From an uncultured archaeon (GTDB lineage: Archaea; Thermoproteota; Bathyarchaeia; Bathyarchaeales; Bathycorpusculaceae), in the NCBI GenBank assembly GCA_963810275.1, contig CAWENF010000003.1:96001-160000 (forward strand): a stretch of 64,000 nt of DNA, in the 5' to 3' direction. The notes under the pieces were generated by a model, which was given only the letters and a program-made list of their open reading frames with translations, was not told the DNA's origin and made no database searches. Below, piece by piece: positions 49,151 to 57,744 of the stretch (position 1 is its first letter; every line of letters starts with the position of its first letter). The translations under genes and the position numbers were made by a program.

Positions 49151-50656
49151 TTGTCTAAAGACGGCACTCGCACCATTGAAGAGATTAATGATAAGATACG
49201 AAAAGGCGACGCTCAAGTTTTAACTGCTGAGGAAATGAAAAAACTAGTCGAAAGCAGCGGCGTAGAAGTCGCCTTCAAAGAAGTAGATGTAGTTACAACT
49301 GGCACTTTCGGCGCTATGTGTAGCAGTGGTGCACTTATCAACGTGGGGCACTCAGATCCACCCATCAAAATCGACCGCGCATGGCTAAACGACGTCGCCG
49401 TCACACACCCCGGAGCGGCAGTCGACCTTTTTATCGGTGCCACCAACATGACCGATAAGCACAACTATGACTACGGTGGAGGACACGTCATATCTGACCT
49501 TGTGTCAGGCAAAGAAGTTGATTTCCGAGCTACAGGGGTAGGCACAGACTGCTATCCACGAACCAGCGTCCACACAACCATAACCAAAGACGACCTCAAC
49601 CAGTTCCAACTCATCAACTTCCGCAACTGCTACCAAAAATACAACTGTGCAGTAAACGGGAGTGACGAAATCATCTATACGTATATGAGCAAGCTTTTGC
49701 CCCGATTCCGCAACGCTACTTTTAGTGGCGCAGGCGAACTCAATCCCTTAATGAACGACCCAGACTATGAAACCATTGGGCTGGGCACACGCATTTTTCT
49801 TGGAGGCGGACAAGGCTACATCATCGGGGAAGGAACGCAGCACAGCCCCCAAAGCCAAGATGGAACACTAATGGTGAAAGGCGACGCTAAGAAGATGTCC
49901 TCCGAGTTTTTGCAAGGAGCCAGCTTCACTAAGTACGGCACCAGCATGTATGTCGGACTGGGCATCCCAATCCCTATCCTAAACATGGGAATAGCAAGGA
50001 AAACAGCGATTCGAGACAGCGAAATCTTCACCAACATCGTCGACTACAGTGTTCCCAGACGGGACCGACCTAAATACGGGAAAGTCAGCTATCAAGAACT
50101 CAAATCAGGCACCATAAACGTCAACGGAAAAAAAGTCCGCGTTAGCTCACTGAGCAGCATTAAAATGGCGAAACAAGTCTCCAAAACCCTCAAACAATGG
50201 ATTGAAGAAGGTAAATTCACCCTTACAGCACCCATCGAGCGGCTCCCCACCAACACCACATTCAAACCAATGCGACAAACCGAGGAAATCCCGTTCGTCG
50301 TCAGTGTCATGCATGCCGCCGTCACCTGCACCGAAAACGAGGAAATCCGAGCCATCGCAGAACGAATAGTCACCAAATCTGTCAACCACATTGTCGTCAT
50401 AGATGATGTAGGCAAAATCCGAGGCATCGTCACCTCGTGGGACATCACCCGAGCCATGGCGGAAGGCAAAAAAGCACTCGCTGACATTGAATCCAAAAAC
50501 GTGGTGACAGCCAAACCTGATGAGCCATTGGAAATCGCGTCTAAACGAATGGCACAGCACAGCATTTCCGCCCTGCCTGTTATAGATATAGAAAAGAAGG
50601 TTCTCGGAATCATCACATCTGAAGACGTGTCTAGACTATTGGGGAGAGGAAACTAA
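49151..50656 (+). CDS. L-aspartate semialdehyde sulfurtransferase (DUF39 + CBS pair; homocysteine biosynthesis, MA1821/MJ0100 family)
   Basis: RTIEEINDKI, DVVTTGTFGAMCSSG, NDPDYETIGLGTRIFLGG, tandem CBS domains; probable TTG start 49151. Confidence 0.9.
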   Translation: MSKDGTRTIEEINDKIRKGDAQVLTAEEMKKLVESSGVEVAFKEVDVVTTGTFGAMCSSGALINVGHSDPPIKIDRAWLNDVAVTHPGAAVDLFIGATNMTDKHNYDYGGGHVISDLVSGKEVDFRATGVGTDCYPRTSVHTTITKDDLNQFQLINFRNCYQKYNCAVNGSDEIIYTYMSKLLPRFRNATFSGAGELNPLMNDPDYETIGLGTRIFLGGGQGYIIGEGTQHSPQSQDGTLMVKGDAKKMSSEFLQGASFTKYGTSMYVGLGIPIPILNMGIARKTAIRDSEIFTNIVDYSVPRRDRPKYGKVSYQELKSGTINVNGKKVRVSSLSSIKMAKQVSKTLKQWIEEGKFTLTAPIERLPTNTTFKPMRQTEEIPFVVSVMHAAVTCTENEEIRAIAERIVTKSVNHIVVIDDVGKIRGIVTSWDITRAMAEGKKALADIESKNVVTAKPDEPLEIASKRMAQHSISALPVIDIEKKVLGIITSEDVSRLLGRGN

Positions 50657-51087
50657 TGGGACGACTATATCTCCGCATGAATGAAGAGCAGGTTTCTGAG
50701 CCTATAGCCTCGCAAATCATCATCGAGTATAAGGTGCCCATGGCGATTCTTTCAGCGCATATTAACTCAAAGGGCGGCGAAATTCTCGTTGAAGTGCCAG
50801 ATGAAATCGAGGACAAAATCGTGGAGGCTTTTCGCAGCCGAGGGGTCATCGTTACCGTTCCCAAACTCATCGAAGTGGACAGCGAAAAATGCTTTAGCTG
50901 CGGCAGCTGTGTCGCGCTTTGCCCAGTGGAAGCGATCAAAACAACCCGAGACGGCTCCGTCGAATTTGATAAAGAACGCTGTTTGGGAAACACATGTGGG
51001 ATTTGTGTTGATGCCTGCCCAGCGCGGGCCATCAAGTCGCTTAAGCCCAACGGCAATGGGAATGCTAACAGGGACAAAAAAAGTTGA
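50656..51087 (+). CDS. NIL-domain ferredoxin partner of the sulfurtransferase (MA1822-like)
   Basis: EPIASQII..ILSAHI NIL domain; CFSCGSCVALCP and CGICVDACP; coupled to the upstream gene. Confidence 0.88.
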   Translation: MGRLYLRMNEEQVSEPIASQIIIEYKVPMAILSAHINSKGGEILVEVPDEIEDKIVEAFRSRGVIVTVPKLIEVDSEKCFSCGSCVALCPVEAIKTTRDGSVEFDKERCLGNTCGICVDACPARAIKSLKPNGNGNANRDKKS

Positions 51088-51785
51088 ACCCCAAACTATT
51101 AAGAGAAGCGTTCACCCTAAAGGAAAGCCAATGTACCTTTGTTTCTGACAGCCCAGAAGCCCTCGAAGTCGCCAAACAATCCATCCATTGCAGCCGCCTT
51201 GACCTTGAACTCTACGTGCGAATGAACCCAAAATTCGAGCACACCCTCACGCCCGTAGATGTTCCTGAAAAGCCGCTTGTCGCCAAACTCATGGCTGAAG
51301 CAGCTGTTTTGGCTAAGGTAGGTCCTATGGCGGCAGTGGCGGGCGCTATAGCGGACATAGCTGTAGCGGATATGCTCAGAATTGGATGCAAGGTGGCGGT
51401 GGTGGAGAACGGCGGCGAAATCATGGCACAAGCCAACCAGCCTGTGGATGTAGCAGTAGCTGCAGGGGAGGAGCCGCTTTCCAAATGCTTCGGTTTTAGA
51501 TTAGCAGATTTTCCAATCGCTGTCGCCACTAGTTCCGGTAGGTTTAGCCACGCTTTCAGCTTCGGCGACGCAGAAGCAGCCATCGTCTTCGGCAAAAACG
51601 CATCTTTAGCGGATGCTGCGGCGACTGCGGTGGGTAACGAGGTGAAGGGCGAGGACGTGCAGGAGGCGATTCAAGAGGGCATAAAAAGAGCCTTAAGTAT
51701 TGAAGGAGTCGAGGGGGTAATGATCATCTACCGCGGCGAAGTAGGCACCGCAGGCAAAATTCCCAAACTTATCAAACTCAGCTAA
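51084..51785 (+). CDS. UPF0280/ApbE-like protein (COG2122, sulfide assimilation)
   Basis: VGPMAAVAGAIAD, VENGGEI, ATSSG..HAFSFG, ADAAATA. Confidence 0.88.
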   Translation: MNPKLLREAFTLKESQCTFVSDSPEALEVAKQSIHCSRLDLELYVRMNPKFEHTLTPVDVPEKPLVAKLMAEAAVLAKVGPMAAVAGAIADIAVADMLRIGCKVAVVENGGEIMAQANQPVDVAVAAGEEPLSKCFGFRLADFPIAVATSSGRFSHAFSFGDAEAAIVFGKNASLADAAATAVGNEVKGEDVQEAIQEGIKRALSIEGVEGVMIIYRGEVGTAGKIPKLIKLS

Positions 51786-52072
51786 GCTGCCCGCTTTGCT
51801 CTGCGCCGGTTCTGAGACGCGCCAACCCATTTCCCTAATAGCAGCGTATTTTGTGTTGTCTTGCCTCAGTAACTACGAACGTAGGTCTCATTAACGGATT
51901 CCCTAACTCAAACGCCAAACTACAGCGCGGATTAGCATGGAGGAAATCTGAATCCTTCCAATCTGCGGACAGCTACATAGCCCGAATCGACAAACTATTT
52001 AATGAAGGAAAAAACAACATCAATAGAGGCACACAAATACCTTGCCGCTGAGTAGTACCGCAAACTTGACTC

Positions 52073-52088
52073 CGAAACGCTTATATTT
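52073..52088 (+). promoter_or_regulatory. BRE/TATA promoter of the aromatic amino-acid operon
   Basis: CGAAACG-CTTATATTT; predicted start site near 52110, just before the leader ATG. Confidence 0.6.
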
Positions 52089-52120
52089 TTTGTAAGGTGA
52101 CTCATTTGCGGGTCGAAGCA

Positions 52121-52207
52121 ATGATATACACATTAGTAATAAGCAGTAACGCACTGCAATTTGGCAGCTTCGACTATGGCTTTTATTATTTCGGTTATTT
52201 TCCTTAA
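52121..52207 (+). CDS. Putative Phe/Tyr-sensing leader peptide (28 aa)
   Basis: ATG..TAA reads MIYTLVISSNALQFGSFDYGFYYFGYFP; 9 of the last 15 codons are Phe/Tyr; ends 56 nt before the operon's first ATG. Confidence 0.72.
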   Translation: MIYTLVISSNALQFGSFDYGFYYFGYFP

Positions 52208-52245
52208 GCCCAGAACGGTCAAAATTTTTGAGTAAAGTTCTGGGC
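52208..52245 (+). promoter_or_regulatory. Leader hairpin (attenuator/antiterminator candidate)
   Basis: GCCCAGAAC/GTTCTGGGC perfect 9 bp plus inner TCAAA/TTTGA; begins at the base right after the leader stop. Confidence 0.6.
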
Positions 52246-52263
52246 AACAAACGGGTGTAGCAA

Positions 52264-53508
52264 ATGACGAAACAACTCTCTAAACGTAAACTAGTAGTAA
52301 AATTCGGCGGCTCCAGCTTATCTGACCACGAACGCATGCTAAAAGCAGTTATGGCAGTTGTAAAAGAAGCACAGAAGGGCACGAAACTCGCCGTGGTAGT
52401 ATCAGCTATGGGCAAAACAACCGATGTGCTTCTAGCCACGGCTAAGAGCACTTCAAATGGTAAACTCCAAAAACATGAACTCGATGAAATCCTTTCCATG
52501 GGCGAACGCACTAGCATGCGCATCTTCGCCACCGCCTTACGCAACAACGGCGTGGACGCCTGCTACTTCGACCCTATTGATAATAAGTGGCCAATCATCA
52601 GTGACGAGGCTTTCCAAAATGCCAATCCAGACCTTAAAGAATGTAGCAAGAAAATCAAAGAATACATCCAGCCCTTGGTTGAGGCAGGCACTATACCGGT
52701 AATTGCGGGTTTCGTCGGGAAAACTGAGGATGGAAAAATCACCACAATGGGCAGGGGCGGAAGCGACACCACCGCCTTCATTTTAGCAGAAGGCATAGGT
52801 GCAGACCAAGTGGTGCTTGTAACTGACGCAGATGGCATCATGAGCAGTGACCCTAAAATCATAAAGAACCCGAGGCTTCTGCAAACAATCGACGTTAACA
52901 CGCTGGTGGGTTTGGCTGATTCAGGAGCGAAATTTATTCACGCCAAGGCGCTTAAATACAAACCTAAAGCTATCGATGTGAAAGTCATCAGCAACAAGCA
53001 CGGCGACTTAAGCAAAGACGGCACAATCATCACCGGCGCGTTGGCGTGGGAATTGAATGCGGAAATAGCTAATCCCTCTTCCGTAGCGGAGATAACCGTT
53101 ATTGGTAAAGGCTTGTCAGCAAATCCTCAAGTCATAACCGAAATTGTTCAGAAAGTAAAGCAGAACAGCAGATTACTGGGCATGTCAATGAACACTAACT
53201 CCATAATACTCTACGTGCCCCAAACCGACATCATCGACGAACTCTTCGACCAGATTCACCAAATCACAATAAACAACAAAGAAACCATCGCCATGGCAGT
53301 CAAAAAAGACTTAGTGCTCATCAAAACCAGCGGTGTTGGCTTAGAGGAAACCCAGGGTCTCATCGGCAAAATCAGCGAGGACCTGCGCGTAAAGGGGATA
53401 AACATCAGCGGCATCTTAACCATCACATCCAGTATTTTGCTATTTGTTGATTGGAATGAGAAAGAGAAAGCGCTAAAGTTAATTAAAAACGCTCTCAGAA
53501 ATCATTAG
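52264..53508 (+). CDS. lysC: Aspartate kinase with ACT domains
   Basis: VVKFGGSS, VVSAMGKTTD, GRGGSDTTA, TDADGIMSSDP. Confidence 0.93.
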   Translation: MTKQLSKRKLVVKFGGSSLSDHERMLKAVMAVVKEAQKGTKLAVVVSAMGKTTDVLLATAKSTSNGKLQKHELDEILSMGERTSMRIFATALRNNGVDACYFDPIDNKWPIISDEAFQNANPDLKECSKKIKEYIQPLVEAGTIPVIAGFVGKTEDGKITTMGRGGSDTTAFILAEGIGADQVVLVTDADGIMSSDPKIIKNPRLLQTIDVNTLVGLADSGAKFIHAKALKYKPKAIDVKVISNKHGDLSKDGTIITGALAWELNAEIANPSSVAEITVIGKGLSANPQVITEIVQKVKQNSRLLGMSMNTNSIILYVPQTDIIDELFDQIHQITINNKETIAMAVKKDLVLIKTSGVGLEETQGLIGKISEDLRVKGINISGILTITSSILLFVDWNEKEKALKLIKNALRNH

Positions 53509-53521
53509 GGTGGATGCACAA

Positions 53522-54313
53522 ATGAACGAGGGAAAAATTCGCAGACTTAAAAAAATCATTCAGAAAGATAACCGCACCGTAATTGTACCCATGGATCACG
53601 GTGTCACCATTGGACCCGTCACTGGCATAGTGAACATGCAAAAAATCACCGACCAACTAGTCAAAGGAAAAGCCGACGCAATCCTTGTGCATAAAGGCAT
53701 TGCACGCCGCATCGACGTTGACGGAGCAGGCTTAATCGTTATGCTTTCAGGTGCATCCAGCCTCGGACCAAACCCCAACGGCAAAGTTCAAGTCTGCAGC
53801 GTTCAAGAAGCAGTTCGGTTGGGCGCGGAGGCAGTTTCTGTTCACATTAACGTAGGCGCCCAAGATGAAGACAAGATGCTCTGCACTTTGGGTAAGGTGG
53901 CAGAGGAATGCGAAGTCTTCGGCATGCCACTTCTGGCTATGATGTACCCGAGGGGACCCCGAATCACCAACGAACACGCTCCCGAAGTCGTGGCTCACGC
54001 AGCCCGCATTGGTGCAGAACTCGGAGCAGATATAATAAAAACCAACTTCACAGGCAACATAGAAACATTCAAGACAGTAGTAGAAAGCTGTCCCGCCCCA
54101 GTAGTCATCGCAGGCGGACCGAAATGCAAAAGCGTCGAAGAAATCTTGCAAACCACACATGACGCAATCCAAGCAGGCGCTGCGGGGCTTAGCATCGGCA
54201 GAAACATTTTCCAATGCGAAACGCCCACTAATATTACAAGGGCGCTTGCCGCCATCGTTCATGAGAAAGCCACCGTGGCGGATGCGCAAAAGTTTTTGGG
54301 TGAAAAACTTTGA
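53522..54313 (+). CDS. aroA': 2-amino-3,7-dideoxy-D-threo-hept-6-ulosonate (ADH) synthase
   Basis: Class I aldolase motifs VPMDHG, MMYPRG, GADIIKT, VIAGG, GRNIFQ; adjacent to DHQ synthase II. Confidence 0.9.
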   Translation: MNEGKIRRLKKIIQKDNRTVIVPMDHGVTIGPVTGIVNMQKITDQLVKGKADAILVHKGIARRIDVDGAGLIVMLSGASSLGPNPNGKVQVCSVQEAVRLGAEAVSVHINVGAQDEDKMLCTLGKVAEECEVFGMPLLAMMYPRGPRITNEHAPEVVAHAARIGAELGADIIKTNFTGNIETFKTVVESCPAPVVIAGGPKCKSVEEILQTTHDAIQAGAAGLSIGRNIFQCETPTNITRALAAIVHEKATVADAQKFLGEKL

Positions 54314-55332
54314 AGGAACTCTGGGTAGAAATATTAAAAGAAGACCAGAAAGGCTCAATGCAAGAGGCAGCTGCACAATTCAGCGACGCTGTTATCGAAG
54401 AGAACTCTGTTGTTTTTGTAGCAGCCGACGAACACGTAGCCCTATCGCCGCTTACCAAAGAGACCCTTAACGAGCAAAACACAACTGAAAAAATCTTCCG
54501 CATAACCATAAGCGATAAAGAATCAGAGAACCTAACAGTTGAAGCTGCACAATTAGGCGCTAACTACATAATTATCGGATGCGCAAACTGGCGCGTCATC
54601 CCACTGGAAAACTTGATTGCCCGAATCAAGGGCAAAAGCAAACTCATCGCTGAAGTTGCCAGCGCTGAAGAAGCAAAAGTCGCAGTTGAAACCCTAGAAT
54701 TGGGAACCGACGGCGTACTCCTCAGAACATCAAGCCCCGACGAGCTGATGAAAACCGTTTCCATCGTCAAACCCGAAGCGCTCAAACTACAGATGGCAAC
54801 AGCCAAAATCGTATCTTCCAAACCCATCGGCACAGGTGCACGCGTCTGCGTTGACACATGCGACCTAATGACTCAAGGCGAAGGCATGCTGTCAGGCAGC
54901 CAAAGCGCCGGGCTCTTCCTAGTCGAAGCTGAAGTAAACGAAAATCCCTATGTCGCATCACGGCCTTTCCGCGTGAACGCAGGTTCATGCTCTATGTACA
55001 CGTTAGGGAACCTGCAGACGACAAGGTACCTGCAAGAGTTCAAAGCAGGAGACGAAGTCATACTCGTTAACCGAGAAGGTAAAACCCGCAAAGCAAACGT
55101 GGGTCGCATAAAAATCGAAATCCGTCCCCTCATCCTAATCGAAGCCCAAGCAGAAGGCAAAATCATCAAGGTTATTCTGCAGAACGCTGAAACCATCCGC
55201 GTCGTTACCCCGTCAGGCTCTAAACCCGTTACTGACCTTAAAGCAGGTGACGAAGTCATCGTGCATTTAGCCGCCAAAGGCGGACGCCACTTCGGAATAT
55301 CTGTGCCTGACGAAACGGTGATAGAGAAGTGA
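54310..55332 (+). CDS. aroB': 3-dehydroquinate synthase II
   Basis: WRVIPLEN, RVCVDTC, RPFRVNAG, ILQNAETI, GRHFG. Confidence 0.95.
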   Translation: MKELWVEILKEDQKGSMQEAAAQFSDAVIEENSVVFVAADEHVALSPLTKETLNEQNTTEKIFRITISDKESENLTVEAAQLGANYIIIGCANWRVIPLENLIARIKGKSKLIAEVASAEEAKVAVETLELGTDGVLLRTSSPDELMKTVSIVKPEALKLQMATAKIVSSKPIGTGARVCVDTCDLMTQGEGMLSGSQSAGLFLVEAEVNENPYVASRPFRVNAGSCSMYTLGNLQTTRYLQEFKAGDEVILVNREGKTRKANVGRIKIEIRPLILIEAQAEGKIIKVILQNAETIRVVTPSGSKPVTDLKAGDEVIVHLAAKGGRHFGISVPDETVIEK

Positions 55333-56012
55333 TTCCCCAAATCTGCGTCTCGATTCTACCTAAAAACACAAACGAAGCATTAGAGTTAATTGTGAAAGCT
55401 GAAGCGGAAGGGGCAAACTTTGTTGAGGTACGCATGGACTGCCTAGAAGTAATAGGTGAACTTGCGAATTTACCTAAAAGCACAAGATGCCCTTTAATTG
55501 CTACTAACAAGCTCCCGGATGAAGGTGGCTTCTTTTCAGGTTCCGAAGCAGACCGTAAACAAATCTTACTTAACGCTGTTAAAAGCGGCTTCCAATATGT
55601 GGATGTAGACTTTTGCAGTCCTAACCCAGCGGAAGCAGTTGCATTGTTTAAATCTTCGGGCGCAAAGGTGGTGGTATCGTACCATAAACCGGACGGCACT
55701 CTGCCACATTACGCATTGGAGAAGGTACTAAAAAACCAGCTTGACTCCGGAGCAGATGTCTGCAAAATCATCACAACCGCCAAAAAAACCGAAGACAACC
55801 TGGTAGTTCTACGCTTCATCTCGGAAAACGCAGCAAAAACAAAACTAGTTTGCTTCTGTATGGGTGAAGCAGGCAAAACCTCAAGGCTGCTCTCACCAGT
55901 TTTCGGTGCATTCTTCACTTTCGCCGCGTTGTACACAGCCGCACAAACTGCACCGGGACAGATGAATATAAAAGAAATGTCCACTGCATACAGAATATTA
56001 GGGATAATTTGA
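55329..56012 (+). CDS. aroD: Type I 3-dehydroquinate dehydratase
   Basis: VEVRMD, EGG, VSYH, ADVCKI, FCMGEAGKTSR, APGQ. Confidence 0.93.
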   Translation: MIPQICVSILPKNTNEALELIVKAEAEGANFVEVRMDCLEVIGELANLPKSTRCPLIATNKLPDEGGFFSGSEADRKQILLNAVKSGFQYVDVDFCSPNPAEAVALFKSSGAKVVVSYHKPDGTLPHYALEKVLKNQLDSGADVCKIITTAKKTEDNLVVLRFISENAAKTKLVCFCMGEAGKTSRLLSPVFGAFFTFAALYTAAQTAPGQMNIKEMSTAYRILGII

Positions 56013-56869
56013 TGACGATTTCGGGCAAGACACGGGTATGTGGAGTTATAGGAGATCCCATTGAGCACTCGCTTAGCCCCATCATGCATAACGCAGCGTT
56101 TGAAGCGATGGGACTAAACTACGTGTTTTTAGCGTTTAGGGTGAAGCCTTCCCGCGTAGCCGAAGCAGTAGACGGCATGCGAGCACTCAACATCCGTGGC
56201 TTAAACGTGACTATGCCTCATAAAAAGTTGGTTATGAAGAGCCTTGACCGCATCGACCTCGCCGCCCAGATAATTCAATCCGTAAACACAATCTTAAACC
56301 AGGGAAAACTGCTGTTTGGCTTCAACACTGACGGCGTCGGCGCAGTTAAAGCACTCAAAGAAAACGGTGTTGGATTAAAGGGACATAAAGTGCTGCTTTT
56401 AGGTGCAGGCGGCGCTGCCAGAGCAATCGCTTATTTAGTAGCCAAAGAAGCAGACGAACTCGCTGTGCTTAACCGAACAGCCAAACCCGCTCAGGAACTA
56501 TCTAAGCTTCTGGAGAAGTCTGTGAACAAAAAAATCGCCTACGGCACCCTCTCCCAAGCCGACATAGAGCACAACCTACAGGACAGCGACATCTTAATCA
56601 ACGCCACCTCTGTGGGAATGAAGCCGAAACCAACCGAAAGTCCCGTGCCCGCCGATTTGCTGCGCAGAAACCTCGCGGTTATGGATATAGTCTACAACCC
56701 GCTGGAAACCCAACTCTTAAAAGACGCAAAAGAAGCAGGCGCACACGTAGTGAACGGGGTGGAGATGCTGATTTATCAGGGCGCAGCATCCTTTGAAATC
56801 TGGACTGGCAAATCCGCGCCCGTTGAAGTTATGAGGAAGGCAGTGGTAACTCACTTACAGAAGGTGTAA
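56009..56869 (+). CDS. aroE: Shikimate dehydrogenase
   Basis: HSLSPIMHN, NVTMPHK, NTDG, GAGGAA, DIVYNP. Confidence 0.97.
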   Translation: MMTISGKTRVCGVIGDPIEHSLSPIMHNAAFEAMGLNYVFLAFRVKPSRVAEAVDGMRALNIRGLNVTMPHKKLVMKSLDRIDLAAQIIQSVNTILNQGKLLFGFNTDGVGAVKALKENGVGLKGHKVLLLGAGGAARAIAYLVAKEADELAVLNRTAKPAQELSKLLEKSVNKKIAYGTLSQADIEHNLQDSDILINATSVGMKPKPTESPVPADLLRRNLAVMDIVYNPLETQLLKDAKEAGAHVVNGVEMLIYQGAASFEIWTGKSAPVEVMRKAVVTHLQKV

Positions 56870-56873
56870 CAGG

Positions 56874-57743
56874 ATGGCGGGTGAAGCTGTGGCGGTGGCG
56901 CATGGCGCAGCAACAATCGTAAACGCTATAGCCTTGGGTAGGGGTGCAGCGTTCGGAGTTGACTTGTATACAAAAGCCGAAGTCAAACTAACAGGGGAAT
57001 CAGGCGTTTTTGAAGTGGAAATCACTTCCGACCCCAACGAGAGCACTTTGCTAGTTGAACGTACTGTTGCCCGAGTTCTGGAACACTTCAAAGCCCAAGA
57101 ACAATACGGTGCCAAAGTCAAAACCACCTCAAACATCCCAGCCGCCCGCGGACTCAAAAGCAGCAGTGTTGCCGCAAACGCAACAGCCCTTGCTACAATC
57201 GCCGCGCTGGAGAAGTCGCTGGACGACATTGAAATCGTCAGAATCGGCGTAGAAGCCGCATTTGACGCCAAATGCACAATCACAGGCGCCTTTGACGACG
57301 CATGCGCATCTTACTTCGGCGGAGCAGTCATAACCGACAACACACGTCGCCAGATTCTCAAGCAGCTCAGGCTTCCAAAAAACCTCTCAGTGCTGTTTTG
57401 GGTACCCGCCCAGAAAGCATACACTATCAACTCTGACGTTGATCGCCTTCAGACAGTTAAGCCACTGGTTGAGTTGGCGTTCGAGAAGGCAATGATGGGC
57501 AGCGTCTGGGATGCCCTAACACTCAACGGACTTGTTTACTCGGCGGCTTCGGGTCAGAACCCCGCCATCGCCATCGATGCACTACAGGCAGGCGCAGTCG
57601 CTGCTGGATTATGCGGTAAAGGACCCGCAGTTACCGCCGTCGTCCACTCCGACACAGCCGACAAAGTCAAAGCTGCACTCCAAAACTACGAAGGCAACGT
57701 TATCGAAGCACAGCTTAACGGCGAAAAAGCCAAGGTGTTCTAA
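56874..57743 (+). CDS. aroK: Archaeal (GHMP-family) shikimate kinase
   Basis: IVNAIALGRGAAFG, GLKSSS, ITGAFDDACAS. Confidence 0.95.
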   Translation: MAGEAVAVAHGAATIVNAIALGRGAAFGVDLYTKAEVKLTGESGVFEVEITSDPNESTLLVERTVARVLEHFKAQEQYGAKVKTTSNIPAARGLKSSSVAANATALATIAALEKSLDDIEIVRIGVEAAFDAKCTITGAFDDACASYFGGAVITDNTRRQILKQLRLPKNLSVLFWVPAQKAYTINSDVDRLQTVKPLVELAFEKAMMGSVWDALTLNGLVYSAASGQNPAIAIDALQAGAVAAGLCGKGPAVTAVVHSDTADKVKAALQNYEGNVIEAQLNGEKAKVF

Positions 57744-57744
57744 A

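Noticed and set aside
51851-52051. 66-aa ORF between the UPF0280 gene and the aro promoter
   Set aside because: TTG start with no RBS and no recognisable motif; it cannot be supported.
57532-57744. 71-aa N-terminal extension on EPSP synthase
   Set aside because: It overlaps aroK in another frame; the ATG at 57745, just after the aroK stop, fits the family start.
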